Source of the DNA: Azolla caroliniana
Lineage: Eukaryota; Plantae; Polypodiophyta
Assembly (NCBI GenBank): GCA_043228905.1
Contig: JBHGNT010000003.1
Location: 7,998,001-8,062,000 of the forward strand
Length of the DNA stretch: 64,000 bases
Direction: 5' to 3'
Of the stretch, positions 1 through 11,939 are shown piece by piece. Under the pieces are notes generated by a model, which did no database searches, was not told the origin of the DNA, and saw only the letters and a program-made list of their open reading frames with translations. Position 1 is the stretch's first letter. Every line of letters begins with the position of its first letter. Made by a program: the position numbers and the translations under genes.

Positions 1-16
1 GCCCTAGTATGTGTTG

Positions 17-200
17 CTATTTCACCCTTATCTCAACGAAAGTTGGACACTTGCATGTAAAGTGATACTCATCCTCAATCTCTATGTGGCGTAATCTAGA
101 TATCCTTTCCTTTCTAGGGACTCTATTAGTACGATCATTCTCAATCTCAAGTTGGTGAGATGATATCCTACGTTGTCTGATGAAAACCCTTAGTGCATTC
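17..200 (-). pseudogene. LINE ORF2 C-terminal zinc-finger-like segment
   Basis: RISSHQLEIE...RVPRKERI...EDEYHFTCKCPTFVEIR; continues at 5612 beyond the copia insertion. Confidence 0.75.
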
Positions 201-845
201 TGTTGGGATTTCGGTCCCTTTCGGATGGGATGGTCGGATATCGGAGATGAATGCCGACAAGCCCGGTATCGGTTTCGGTACCGGATGACGAAGACCCCGG
301 TTTCGGTACCGGATGACGAAGACCCCGGTTTTCGGTACCGGATGACGAATGTACCCGGAGAGCGATCCGGATGCAGGGACATATCCGTGAATATGTTCGC
401 TATGGGCCCCTGTGGCTACAGTTGTAAATAGCCCAAAGTCATATAAGTATAAATATGACTTAGGGCAAACAGTTTTACTGTTGCTTCTTATTTTTTCTGT
501 TTTTCCACTTTAGAGAAGTGAAGAGAGAGCAGCCGTGAGAGAGAGAGAGAGATAGAGCGCGAGAGAGAGAAGAGGTAGACGCCTCTGTGTATTTCCGCCG
601 CCTGTGGCGAGGACAGCGAGCTCAAGGTCGTCGCCTTGGAGCTCGTCATTGTATACTTCTCTGTATAGTGTTGTTTGGAGTCTTGTACTCCCGTGGTTTT
701 TTTCCCGTCCGGGTTTTCCACGTTAATCCCTGTGTACTCGCGTTTCTTTTGTTTCTCGTGTGGTTCCTATTTTCTGCTCCATTGATCCGCGATTACTCGG
801 TTGTGGCCGAGTGAAGAAGGTGAATCGAAGCGTTGATTCCCATCA
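201..845 (+). repeat. 5' LTR of intact copia element
   Basis: Direct repeat of 4962-5606 at offset 4761; contains ~28-bp tandem repeats (271-350), TATAAAT near 448 and a (GA)n tract at 536-570. Confidence 0.97.
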
Positions 846-848
846 ATC

Positions 849-860
849 TGGTATCAGAGC
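849..860 (+). promoter_or_regulatory. Primer binding site, tRNA-iMet
   Basis: TGGTATCAGAGC 3 nt after the LTR; canonical plant copia PBS. Confidence 0.95.
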
Positions 861-874
861 GACTGTTGCAGAAA

Positions 875-3800
875 ATGGAAGGCGGCGGCAGCGGGCAGCC
901 GGGGATGATGGTGCTGAATGCACAGAATTACGCCGACTGGAAGATCAAGATGGAGGATCTTCTGATTGTTCGGGACCTGTACGAACCGATCGACAGGTCG
1001 GAAATACCGAAGGGGGTACTTGAGTCGGAGTGGAAGCTCCTGAACCGGAAAGCCGTAGCGACGATCCGACAATATGTCGATGTAAGCGTCCTACAACATG
1101 TGGCGAACGACACCAACGCATATGAGATGTGGAAGAAGCTGTCGGGCCTCTACGAGAGGAAGAATGCGTTGAACCGGACCTCCCTGATGAGGAAGATAGT
1201 GAATCTCAAGTACCGGGACGGCGAGAGTATGGTGGAACACGTAAGCACGTTCATGGGATTCGTGAATCAGCTTGCGGCGATCAAGTTCCCGTTGGAGGAT
1301 GCAATGCAAGCCATCATCCTGATGTGTACATTGCCGGAAAGCTGGGAGAACTTGGTGGTGACTCTCAGCACCTCCTGCACAGAAGATAACTTGTCCTTGC
1401 AAACGGTAAAGACAAGTATTTTGAACGAAGAAGCGCGTCGGAGAGATAAAGAACCGGCCTCCGACCCGAAGGCGCTGCTTACCGAATCGGATCGGGGAAG
1501 ACAATGGAACCGGAGTCCGCAAAGACGGGAGAAGTCGGGGACCCGGTCGCAGTCAAGAGGAAGGCCCACATGCTTCCACTGTGGGAAACCGGGGCACTTC
1601 CGAAAGAATTGTCGGCATTACCGAAAAGACAATGGAACCGACAACACCGATTCGAAGAAGTCACCGGAGAGAAACGGTGCATACCGGGGAGCCACGGACC
1701 GGAGAGGTTCGGATCGGCGAGGGCAGGACCGGAAAGGAACGACGGCACTCGCGGCAAGTGAGGAAGAAATCATGCTCATCACCGAAGAAGATGAGCTAAA
1801 CATTGCCGGCGATGAGACGACCTGGGTGGTCGATTCCGGAGCATCGTTCCACCTGACCCCGGAGAGAAGATACTTCTCATCCTACACAGCCGGTGAGCAT
1901 GGCTGTGTTCGGATGGGAAACGAAGGTACGTGCCGGATTGCCGGCATAGGAGATGTGTGGTTGACAACCCCGACCGGATGTAAAATGCTGCTGAAGAATG
2001 TCCGACACGTTCCGGAGGTCCGACTGAACCTGATTTCGGCCGGGAGGCTAGATGACGAAGGCTACACGGGTAGCATCCAGAACGGCGTAATGAAGTTCAG
2101 CAAGGGGAGCCTGATAGTGGCTCGGGCCCGGAAAGACAACACACTGTACCTGATGAATGCCCGGTTATGTCCGGAAGAGCTGAATGTGGCAGCCGACACT
2201 GCCGGTGAGCTGTGGCACAAGAGACTGTGCCATATGAGTGAGAAGGGGATGAAGAGGCTTGCAGAAGACAACCTTATTCCAGTGAAGCATGTGCACCTGG
2301 AGAGGTGCACCGACTGTCTGGCCGGTAAGCAAAACCGAACCTCCTTCCACTCAAGGCCACCAACGAGACGTAGCGCACCATTGGAGTTGGTGCACACTGA
2401 TGTGTGTCAGGTAGAAACGAAGTCACATGGCGGAGCCCAGTACTTCGTAACATTCATCGATGATCATAGCCAAAAACTGTGGACGGCACCGATGAAGACA
2501 AAGGACCAAGTGTTGTGCGTCTTCAAAGATCTCCACGCAAGAGTGGAAAGGGAATCCGGCAAGAAGCTGAAAGCGATACGAGCGGATAACGGAGGGGAAT
2601 ACCGGGGGCAGTTCCAGGAGTACTGTCGCTCGAAGGGAATCCGGCTCGAGTTTACTGTGCCGAAGACGCCGGAACTGAACGGGCTGGCCGAGAGGATGAA
2701 CCGGACCATAATGGAGAGGGTCCGGAGTATGCTGGCGCATGCGAAATTACCTAAGGGATTTTGGGCTGAGGCAATGTCGACGGCGACATATGTGATAAAC
2801 AGATCACCCTCAGTACCTTTGGACGGAGACACGCCGCAGAGAGTGTGGACCGGTAGGGAAGTATCCTACCGGCATCTGAAGGTGTTCGGGTGTCTCGCAT
2901 ACGTGCATGTGGCAAAGGACCGGAGAGGAAAGCTAGATCCAAAGACCCGGCCATGCATATTCCTCGGTTACGGCGACGACGAGTTCGGCTACCGAGTATG
3001 GGACCCGGTTGACAAGAAGATATTCCGGAGTCGTGATATCATCTTCATGGAGAACAAGACACTCGCCGACTGGGAGTCGGAGAAGAAGGTGAAGAGCTCC
3101 AAGTCGACCGGTGAGGATCAACTCTACGAGGAGCAGTCCCGACCGGCAAGGGACCGGTTAGCACTCGAGGATCCGGCCGAAGACGGTGAAGAAAGAGAAC
3201 CGGCCGAGGAAGATGAAAATGATACCGGAACCGTTCCCGATCCCGAAATGGATTCGGATGAAGAAGAAGAATCGGAAGAACCGGTTACCGAAGCTCCGGA
3301 ACGGAGATATCCTCTAAGAGAGAGAAGGGCCCCCCGGAGATTTCCGGAACCAGAGCACGTGCTGCTAACCGACGAGGGGGAGCCGGAGAGCTTTGAAGAA
3401 GCAAAGCATGACACCCAGAGCCGCAGGTGGTTGAGTGCCATGCAGGACGAGATGGATTCCCTGCATGAGAACCACACATATGAACTTGTGGAGTTGCCGA
3501 AAGGAAAACGGGCACTCCGTAACAAGTGGGTGTTCAAGCTGAAACCGGGAGATGCCGGAAACCCCCCGAGATACAAAGCCAGGATCGTGGTGAAGGGGTT
3601 TCAACAGAAGAAGGGCATCGACTTCGACGAGATATTTGCCCCGGTAGTGAAGATGACCTCCATCCGGACGGTGCTGAGCATAACGGCAAGCATGGACCTC
3701 GAGGTAGAACAGATGGACGTGAAGACGGCATTCCTTCACGGTGACCTCGATGAAGAGATCTACATGCAGCAACCGGAAGGATTCGAGAAGAAAGGGAAGG

Positions 3801-4951
3801 AGCACCTGGTATGCCGGTTGAAGAAGAGCCTTTACGGACTGAAGCAGGCTCCCCGGCAATGGTACCGGAAGTTCGACTCCTTCATGACCGACGAAGGGTA
3901 CCTCAAAACGCAGTCCGACCACTGCGTGTTTGTGAAGAAGTTTGAAGGAGGAGACTCTCTAATACTCCTCCTGTACGTGGACGACATGTTGATCGTCGGA
4001 CGGGACCAGGTCAAGATACGGATGCTGAAGAAGGCCCTTCACCGAACCTTCTCAATGAAGGACCTGGGTCCGGCGAGGCAAATACTAGGGATGCACATCA
4101 TCCGGGACCGGAAGAAGAAGCAGTTGTGGCTGTCACAGGAGAAGTACGTGACGAAGGTGCTTCACCGGTTCAACATGTCGGAAGCAAGACCGGTCGGATC
4201 GACCCTCCCGACAAACTGCAAGCTGTCCAGCAAGCAAAGTCCCAAGACAAAGGCTGAAAAGGAGGATATGATGAAAGTGCCGTATGCCTCAGCCGTTGGG
4301 AGCTTGATGTACGCCATGGTGTGTACGAGACCGGACATCGGATATGCAGTCGGAGTGGTGAGCCGGTACATGAGCAATCCCGGCAAAGAGCATTGGAACG
4401 CGGCCAAGTGGATACTCCGATACCTGAAGGGCACAGCAAACGTGTGCCTCCGATTCGGCTCCGGAAAGCCCGAACTCGACGGCTTTACCGATTCGGATAT
4501 GTCGGCTGATGCAGATACCAGCCGGTCCACATCAGGGTATGTGATGACGTATGCAGGGGGAGCTGTTTCATGGCAGTCGAGGCTGCAGAAGACGGTTGCG
4601 CTGTCAACCACGGAGGCGGAGTACATGGCGGCTGTTGAAGCCGGCAAGGAAATAATATGGATGAAGGACTTCATTAGAGAGCTCGGTATCCGGCAGGAGG
4701 AGTACCGACTCTACTGCGACAGTCAGAGTGCAATCCACCTTGCGAAGAACGCGGCCTATCACTCCCGGACGAAGCACATCCAGCGAAGATATCACTGGAT
4801 CCGGGAAAGGATAGAAGACAAGGAGTTCGTGTTGACGAAGATCCACACGGACGATAACGGGTCGGATATGCTGACCAAGGTGCTCACACCCAACAAGCTG
4901 GAAGCATGCCGGAAGAGGATCGGATTGGAGAGACATCCCATGCCGAAGTGA
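875..4951 (+). CDS. Copia Gag-Pol polyprotein (1358 aa)
   Basis: Zn knuckle CFHCGKPGHFRKNC, PR WVVDSGASFH, GAG-pre-integrase LWHKRLCH, IN (VHTD, RADNGGEY, NGLAERMNRT), RT LLLYVDDML, RH TEAEYMA/SDMLTK. First ATG after the PBS is at 875. Confidence 0.97.
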   Translation: MEGGGSGQPGMMVLNAQNYADWKIKMEDLLIVRDLYEPIDRSEIPKGVLESEWKLLNRKAVATIRQYVDVSVLQHVANDTNAYEMWKKLSGLYERKNALNRTSLMRKIVNLKYRDGESMVEHVSTFMGFVNQLAAIKFPLEDAMQAIILMCTLPESWENLVVTLSTSCTEDNLSLQTVKTSILNEEARRRDKEPASDPKALLTESDRGRQWNRSPQRREKSGTRSQSRGRPTCFHCGKPGHFRKNCRHYRKDNGTDNTDSKKSPERNGAYRGATDRRGSDRRGQDRKGTTALAASEEEIMLITEEDELNIAGDETTWVVDSGASFHLTPERRYFSSYTAGEHGCVRMGNEGTCRIAGIGDVWLTTPTGCKMLLKNVRHVPEVRLNLISAGRLDDEGYTGSIQNGVMKFSKGSLIVARARKDNTLYLMNARLCPEELNVAADTAGELWHKRLCHMSEKGMKRLAEDNLIPVKHVHLERCTDCLAGKQNRTSFHSRPPTRRSAPLELVHTDVCQVETKSHGGAQYFVTFIDDHSQKLWTAPMKTKDQVLCVFKDLHARVERESGKKLKAIRADNGGEYRGQFQEYCRSKGIRLEFTVPKTPELNGLAERMNRTIMERVRSMLAHAKLPKGFWAEAMSTATYVINRSPSVPLDGDTPQRVWTGREVSYRHLKVFGCLAYVHVAKDRRGKLDPKTRPCIFLGYGDDEFGYRVWDPVDKKIFRSRDIIFMENKTLADWESEKKVKSSKSTGEDQLYEEQSRPARDRLALEDPAEDGEEREPAEEDENDTGTVPDPEMDSDEEEESEEPVTEAPERRYPLRERRAPRRFPEPEHVLLTDEGEPESFEEAKHDTQSRRWLSAMQDEMDSLHENHTYELVELPKGKRALRNKWVFKLKPGDAGNPPRYKARIVVKGFQQKKGIDFDEIFAPVVKMTSIRTVLSITASMDLEVEQMDVKTAFLHGDLDEEIYMQQPEGFEKKGKEHLVCRLKKSLYGLKQAPRQWYRKFDSFMTDEGYLKTQSDHCVFVKKFEGGDSLILLLYVDDMLIVGRDQVKIRMLKKALHRTFSMKDLGPARQILGMHIIRDRKKKQLWLSQEKYVTKVLHRFNMSEARPVGSTLPTNCKLSSKQSPKTKAEKEDMMKVPYASAVGSLMYAMVCTRPDIGYAVGVVSRYMSNPGKEHWNAAKWILRYLKGTANVCLRFGSGKPELDGFTDSDMSADADTSRSTSGYVMTYAGGAVSWQSRLQKTVALSTTEAEYMAAVEAGKEIIWMKDFIRELGIRQEEYRLYCDSQSAIHLAKNAAYHSRTKHIQRRYHWIRERIEDKEFVLTKIHTDDNGSDMLTKVLTPNKLEACRKRIGLERHPMPK

Positions 4952-4959
4952 AGGGGGAG
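4945..4959 (+). promoter_or_regulatory. Polypurine tract
   Basis: GAAGTGAAGGGGGAG immediately before the 3' LTR. Confidence 0.9.
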
Positions 4960-4961
4960 TT

Positions 4962-5606
4962 TGTTGGGATTTCGGTCCCTTTCGGATGGGATGGTCGGAT
5001 ATCGGAGATGAATGCCGACAAGCCCGGTATCGGTTTCGGTACCGGATGACGAAGACCCCGGTTTCGGTACCGGATGACGAAGACCCCGGTTTTCGGTACC
5101 GGATGACGAATGTACCCGGAGAGCGATCCGGATGCAGGGACATATCCGTGAATATGTTCGCTATGGGCCCCTGTGGCTACAGTTGTAAATAGCCCAAAGT
5201 CATATAAGTATAAATATGACTTAGGGCAAACAGTTTTACTGTTGCTTCTTATTTTTTCTGTTTTTCCACTTTAGAGAAGTGAAGAGAGAGCAGCCGTGAG
5301 AGAGAGAGAGAGATAGAGCGCGAGAGAGAGAAGAGGTAGACGCCTCTGTGTATTTCCGCCGCCTGTGGCGAGGACAGCGAGCTCAAGGTCGTCGCCTTGG
5401 AGCTCGTCATTGTATACTTCTCTGTATAGTGTTGTTTGGAGTCTTGTACTCCCGTGGTTTTTTTCCCGTCCGGGTTTTCCACGTTAATCCCTGTGTACTC
5501 GCGTTTCTTTTGTTTCTCGTGTGGTTCCTATTTTCTGCTCCATTGATCCGCGATTACTCGGTTGTGGCCGAGTGAAGAAGGTGAATCGAAGCGTTGATTC
5601 CCATCA
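4962..5606 (+). repeat. 3' LTR of intact copia element
   Basis: No differences from 201-845 seen by eye; ORF-track translations of both LTRs are identical. Confidence 0.97.
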
Positions 5607-5611
5607 CATTC

Positions 5612-6199
5612 GATAATAATGTATCTCGATATTTTGGCCATGTAATAAACCTAACTTAGAGAAGTGTATGAAGTGTTCCTTATAGTACAACATTTTAGAT
5701 CAGAGTGGCTCTCATGGGGTGATCCATTTATATTGAGTGTAAATTTGCCATATTTCTTGGCGTATTACTTTATTATGGTCCTCATGAGAGATTAAAGTTT
5801 GATCAGTCCCGTGGTTGTACTTAAGGGGAGATAGGTTATTAATGTCTAGGCCGTTTGCAAGCAACCAACTTACTACAATGTTATACGAAGAGTTAGTATC
5901 TCTGGACTCATAGAGGAATCAAGATGCCTCAAAATCTTGACGAGATATATCCCATCTTGTGGTTGGCTATGTATCCTACGAATAAAACCTACAAGTTGGA
6001 AAAGTGCTTCTATTAACATCGGGGGCAAAGTGAACTTTGCTTTAATAATGTCATGTGGTACTATCGATTTGCTTCGGAGTTGACGTGATAATATCGTCAC
6101 CAATGGTCTCTCTAATTGTGTCCACATGAAAGATGGTAGACCTGGAGCCCAAACTATTGATGCATACATGAGGGAAGGGGTCACTAATGAGTCGAAGAG
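5612..6199 (-). pseudogene. LINE ORF2 post-RT fragment
   Basis: ORF 5873-6184 (VTPSLMYASIVWAP...) is typical of the post-RT LINE region and joins 9040 once the copia insertion is removed (TSD AAGAG). Confidence 0.7.
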
Positions 6200-6618
6200 T
6201 GTTGAGAGATCAAGCTCAACTTAGTTTAGTTAGTTAGTCAACCATGTAACTTCATAGTTACCTAGATAGAATCTAGTTAGAAGTGTTGACTATAGCGCCT
6301 TCAATAGGACCTTGTACTTAAGTGGGATATTCTAGATCCTCCACTCCTAAGTACATTTAATATAGGACTTACACTTTTTTACCTATGCACCCTTGCACAT
6401 GAGATCTATATATACCTCATTGTGGGTATTTTTGTATTTGATGATGATAATGCTAATTTAATATAGAGTTAATCATCCCCCATCTTGTGTTCATAAGTGT
6501 ATCTTCCTCTCTCTCGTCCTCTCACACACATACACACACATATCACATAATCTTCCGCTTAGGTTAATCACATAATTAGGTACTAATTAACCCTTGCTTA
6601 ATTACCTAATTATTAACA
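6200..6618 (+). repeat. 5' LTR (419 bp)
   Basis: TGTTGAGAGA...TATTAACA, repeated at 8601-9039 with small indels and SNPs. Confidence 0.92.
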
Positions 6619-6690
6619 AAGAGCCATCCCTTAGTCTGTGGTTCTTGAAAGTATACGTGGTGGCATCGTCTCTCTAGGAGTGAGAGGGAA

Positions 6691-8447
6691 GATGTGTGGT
6701 TCGTCGATTCCGGTGCCTCACATCACATGACATCCCACAAAGAGTTGTTCAATGATTTGCGCACACCCGATCGACCCGACGTCATAGAGACGGGTGAGGA
6801 CACCACACATCCCATTCGACACATCAACAATGTCCCATTCGGGAAAGAAGGTGAACAAACTTGCATCAAGAATGTCTTGCATGTGCCCACGATAACGAAG
6901 AATTTGGTCTCGGAAGGCCAAATCATGGAGCAAGGCATGCAAGTCCGCTTCAACAACGAAGGTTGTTTCATTGAGAAAGATGGCTGACTCAAAGCTAAGG
7001 GGCGGCGAGATGGTTGAATGAACTCATCCTTGATTCGAACAAGGTGAAATCGACAATGTACGCTAAAGGTCTCAAAACCGAGACAAACATCGAGTCGTGG
7101 CACAAGAGAATCGGTCACATCAACCTCCAATGGCTCCGAGCGATGCAAACAAAGGGAGTTGTCATCGGACTTCTGACATTCGAGTCAAAACGAGTCGACC
7201 GAGTATGCGAAGCGTGTCAACTCGGCAAACAAAATCGACTCCCATTCCCGAAGGAGAGCCATGCAAGCAAAGGCCTCCTCGACATCATACACTTGGATGT
7301 ATGGGGACTGGCTTAAACGTCGACGATCGACGGACGTCAATTCTACGTCACCTTCATCGACGACTACTCGCGCTACGCGTGGATCTTCCCAATGAAGAAG
7401 AAGAGCGAAGTGCTCTCCCACTTCCAAAAGCTCAAGGGGCAAGTCGAAAAAGAAGTTGGTCGGCACATTCGATGCCTACGATCATATGGAGGAAAGGAGT
7501 ACTTCTCTGACGAATTCACCCCCTACCTCCAAAGTGAAGGCATTCAGAGAGAATTCTCGTGCTGACACACACCCCAACAAAATGGAGTAGCCGAAAGGAA
7601 GAATCGGCAAATACTCGAGGTAGCACGCGCCATGTTACATGAGAAGCACATGTCGAACTTCTATTGGGCCGACGCGGCATCCACGACCGTCTATCTCAAG
7701 AACTGGTGCACCACCAATGGAATCCATGAGCTAACTCCCTAAGAGCTCCTCGTCGGAAGGAAGCCGATCCTGTCGCACCTGAAGGTGTTCGGAAGCATTG
7801 CGAATGTACGCATCTTGAACAAAGAACGACAGAAGCCCAACGCGAAGTCGGAGGAATGTATCCTCATAGGATACTCATCCGAGAAGAAGGCATACAAGTG
7901 CTATAACCCTTCTGCCCGAGTGGTTCGGGTAAGTCGAGACGTAGTCTTCGACGAGTCCGCATCCTGGTACGCACCAGAGACAACTTCGACTCCGACTCCG
8001 CTTGACCCGGAATCTGCCGAACAAGAGGTAGAAGATGGAGATCGCTTCGAACACATGTTCGAAGAAAGTCCGATTACGGCAAGGCCTAGTGGGCCACAAG
8101 AGCCCCCACGCGACCCAAGCACGTTGCGGCCAAGTACGAACTTGGACAAAGGCAAAGGTAAGATACCTGAATACGAAGTTGATCACCCCGACGACAGTGA
8201 TTCAGATGTGTCGGCTCCCTCACTAGACAGTGAGTTTGTTGTACCCATCATGCGGACACCCAGAGCAATGAAGGCGCTCACATCGGCGAACGAAAAACAT
8301 CGACGCTCATCCAGAGCTAAGAACCCAATCACTCGGTTCGGCTACAACGAGTACATGGCCCATCACTATGCCTTCACGATGAAGGTAGCGGCCGAACAAG
8401 CACCCAAGAGCTCCACCGAAGCGGCTCGTAACCCACGATGGGTGGAA
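6691..8447 (+). pseudogene. Copia protease-integrase remnant
   Basis: WFVDSGASHHMT, WHKRIGH, CEACQLGKQ, TPQQNGVAERKNR, VSRDVVFDE; several in-frame stops; breaks off at EAARNPRWVE just before RT. Confidence 0.88.
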
Positions 8448-8600
8448 GTAGTCGACCTTTGCCCATACACTACAAGACTTCGTCACTGGCTTGAGGGAGT
8501 GGAACCGAGATTGCCACAACGAAGAAAGCTGAAAGCCGGATGGAAGCACAGGAAAGCCAGAGCGGATGTCGGACGCCTCACACTTGAGCTTGAGGGGGTG

Positions 8601-9039
8601 TGTTGAGAGATCAAGCTCAACTTAGTTTAGTTAGTTAGTCAACCATGTAACTTCGTAGTTACCTAGATAGAATCTAGTTAGAAGTGTTGACTATAATGCC
8701 TTAAATAGGACCTTGTACTTAAGTGGGATATTCTAAATCCTCCACTCCTAAGTACATTTAATATAGAACTTACACTTTTTTACCTATATTATCCGCACAC
8801 ATGTGCACCCTTGCACATGAGATCTATATATACCTCATTGTGGGTATTTTTGTATTTGATGATGATAATGCTAATTTAATATAGAGTTAATCATCCCCCA
8901 TCTTGTGTTGTTCATAAGTGTATCTTCCTCTCTCTCTTCTTCTCACACACATACACACACATATCACATAATCTTCCGCTTAGGTTAATCACATAATTAG
9001 GTACTAATTAACCCTTGCTTAATTACCTAATTATTAACA
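8601..9039 (+). repeat. 3' LTR (439 bp)
   Basis: Preceded by PPT, followed by TSD AAGAG. Confidence 0.92.
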
Positions 9040-11505
9040 AAGAGCCATCCCTTAGTCTGTGGTTCTTGAAAGTATACGTGGTGGCATCGTCTCTCTAGGA
9101 GTGAGAGGGATGCATATCCTCTCATTAGCCTATCTTTGGCTGCTTGTGTCATCGAAAATTTACATGAGCGAGCACTAAAAGTAACTCCAAGATATACATA
9201 TGATCCAACTACCTCAACTGGTCTATGAGAGAGGATTAGGTGACATTTAGTTCTAACTCGAGCACATGCGTGAAAGATAAGGTCTTTAGTTTTCTCTAGA
9301 TTCACTACCAGTCCTCGTTGTGTGCAAAAGTCATCTAAGGCATTAAGGTGCTTTTATAGGTCGTGTTCAGACTCCGAGAGCAAGACTATGTCGTTTGCAT
9401 AGAGTAAGAGACTAACTTGCGTACCCCCAATGACTACTCCGTTCCCTCCCTTACGAGCAATAAAATCAGTGATCTCATCAATGTAGATCCCAAAAAGAGT
9501 CGTTGATAGGGGGCAACCTTGTTTTACACCAATGGTGCTAGTAAAGCAATTAGATAGGCCACATGGGGATCTTACACACCTAGAGAATTGGTCATATAAA
9601 GCATAGATGACCCAAATCATGTCATTTGGTATCTCTAGGCTTTTAAGCCTATCAAACAACCGTTCCCTAGGGACTGTGTCAAAAGCTTTGCGGAAGTCCA
9701 CAAAAGGACAATATAGTTTCTTCTTTCGGGCCTTCGTTTGGTCAATTAAGCATCTAAGTGTGAAGATATGGTCAATAGTGGAGAAGGCTCGTTTAAAGCA
9801 AGCCTTCTCTGGTCCTTGAAGACTTAAGGTTTCCATAAAATCATTGAGCTCTGCTTCCACTACTGTACCATATAATTTAGTGAGCGTATGACCTATCATA
9901 ATGGTCCTATATGTATTTGGGTCCATGGGGTCCCCTCCTTTATGTATAGGGTCCACTATGGTGGAAAACCCTCGGCGAGGGCATGATTGAAGATTAGAGC
10001 AAGAAATGGAGCTAGGCACTCTCAAGCATATATGATGTGTTCGGCTCGCAATCCTGTGTTGTCCATGGACTTCCTATGTTGTAATTTCTTTATGACCCTA
10101 GTGATCCTAGAGGTCGTGAAAAGTGTCCCCATGGTAGGTTGAGGTGTGGAAGGCATGGGAATGGGTGGTTGGTTCGGGACATGGTAGAGTCTCTCTCTAT
10201 ATGTGTGCCAAGTGTTGGGATCCTCGATGGGTGTTTGTGGTATTGGTTCCTGTGGTCTCTTCCATGCAAGGGCAAAATCCCTACTCATGAGCATGGGGTA
10301 GAGTTCCCAATATTGATATGCTTCCCACGCTCGTCTTTTATGACGTGTCATCTTGCGCATTTCTTTGCGAGCTTGTACTAAGGAAATAGTACCACTAAGT
10401 CGCGATATTTTGAGTTGTCTATACAAGTCTCAACTATCCTCATCATACCATCTATTTTGTGGCATAGACCCTATTCTACTTTGATTGAAGTGTTTCGTGT
10501 ATGGGAAACTACTAATTGTTGTGGAGTGAAGGATGTGTGAATTCTGTAGTAAGGTTCTCTAAAGACATGGAAGAATCAAGAGAGGAGAGATGGGTTTGAA
10601 CATGTCGGGGGTAGATGTCAGAGAGTTCGTGTGTGAAATGTATTGTGGTGTGATGGTTTGGTTGACTAGAGTTGGTGGCGTTGGAGATTTTGCATTTTAG
10701 CTCAAAGTATAGGAAGATATGATTTGCACAAATAGGGCATGGGGCCACCTGGAAGGAGTTAATCATGTGGGTAGCTTCATGGCGTCCTATTAGATAATCA
10801 ACTGTGCTTTCCCTTCCTCCATGTGGGAAACATGTAAGCTCTTCCAAGCCCGACCACTTGGCTAAACCATTATATATGATCATCTAGTGTCGACTTCCAA
10901 GTTCGAGCAGATGATGGCCAAAACTTGTGGCGTCTGCACCTTGGTCTTTTAATCTACTTGTGATGCCTATGGCTAAAGGGTCGACATTCACCATTTCTAG
11001 GTTTTTATCCATCTGAACTATTGTGCATTGTCGAGATTGGGTTCTCGCATTAAAATCGCCTATTAGGAAGACTTCCCCTTGAGAAGAATATTGGATTATG
11101 TCATCCGATAAAGGTTCTTATGGAGATGGCCATGTGGCGCTCATTCATCAACTAAACTCGCGTCTCCGGCCATATTATAACGGGATCCTTTCGGGGGAAA
11201 GTAACAAATGGCGATAAATATTGCCTGATCCTTGCTAGTGAGGACTTTCACCCACATAAAATGGGCTTCTGGGTCTGTCCTTAATATTTCTATCCTATCA
11301 TGTATCTCTCTCTAAAACAATATTGCAACACCTCCAGATCCTCTAGTATTGTGTCGGCATTAGGTTTGTCTAAAAACAAACTCCCAATGAAAACCATCAA
11401 CTCGTGGCAGTCCTCTATTTGAACTCTGATATTAGATACCCTCAAAATCTCCTCTAGCCGGCCAGGGTGTGTCCAAAGTGCACCGTTACAATTCCATAAA
11501 GTCAT
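9040..11505 (-). pseudogene. LINE ORF2 (endonuclease + reverse transcriptase), fragmented
   Basis: ORF pieces 11290-11535, 10512-10883 (STVDYLI), 10022-10426, 9354-10025 (RT core) and 9027-9305 (YVYLGVTF). Confidence 0.85.
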
Positions 11506-11554
11506 CCTAATTTTATTGTATGTCACATGTGCCACACATTGTCAATGGGTGGTG

Positions 11555-11939
11555 CGATAATTTATTATCATTTGTCCGTCTGGGTAAAAGGTGTGATGCC
11601 CTTCTTTACAAGCTTGCATGACTCGCGGCATACAAGTTTTGCGGTGCTCAATTTGCATCTTGGTGAGGTCTTCATCTAGATAGATAAGTCCCCGCCTAAT
11701 CCTCGAAGAATTGGTCTCTTCTTAAAAAATGTGATTCTAGATTCCAGGTCTTTAAATTGAAGGACTAAAGCTCTCTTCCTAGTGGTGTCACATCCGACCC
11801 TCCAGGTTTTGTTAATTGGTAGGGCCTTTGTGTACCCTAACATTTTCCCAAGTGTTTGTGCATCTTCGTTGGGAGATGCCCCTTCCTCGAGTCCAGTGAC
11901 ACGTACATTGTCGGGCTTGACACATTTTCTCTTCCTCAA
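11555..11939 (-). pseudogene. LINE ORF1 C-terminal fragment
   Basis: NVRVTGLEE..WRVG..KRALVLQFKD, then IYLDEDLTK after a frameshift; lies directly upstream of ORF2. Confidence 0.65.

Larger units (their letters stand above)
201..5606 (+). mobile_element. Intact full-length Ty1/copia LTR retrotransposon
   Basis: 645-bp TG..CA LTRs, TSD CATTC (196-200 and 5607-5611), tRNA-iMet PBS, PPT and one uninterrupted gag-pol ORF in PR-IN-RT-RH order. Confidence 0.98.
6200..9039 (+). mobile_element. Internally deleted and rearranged Ty1/copia element
   Basis: LTRs 6200-6618 and 8601-9039, TSD AAGAG, PPT GAGGGGG at ~8592. Retains PR-IN; gag, PBS, RT and RH are missing. Confidence 0.92.

Noticed and set aside
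271-350. Short direct repeats resembling a CRISPR array
   Set aside because: Head-to-tail repeats without unique spacers, inside an LTR and copied in the other LTR; no cas genes.
833-874. ORF-track start at 833 (and likewise 62293)
   Set aside because: Non-ATG starts inside the LTR/PBS; ATGs at 875 and 62209 are the plausible starts.
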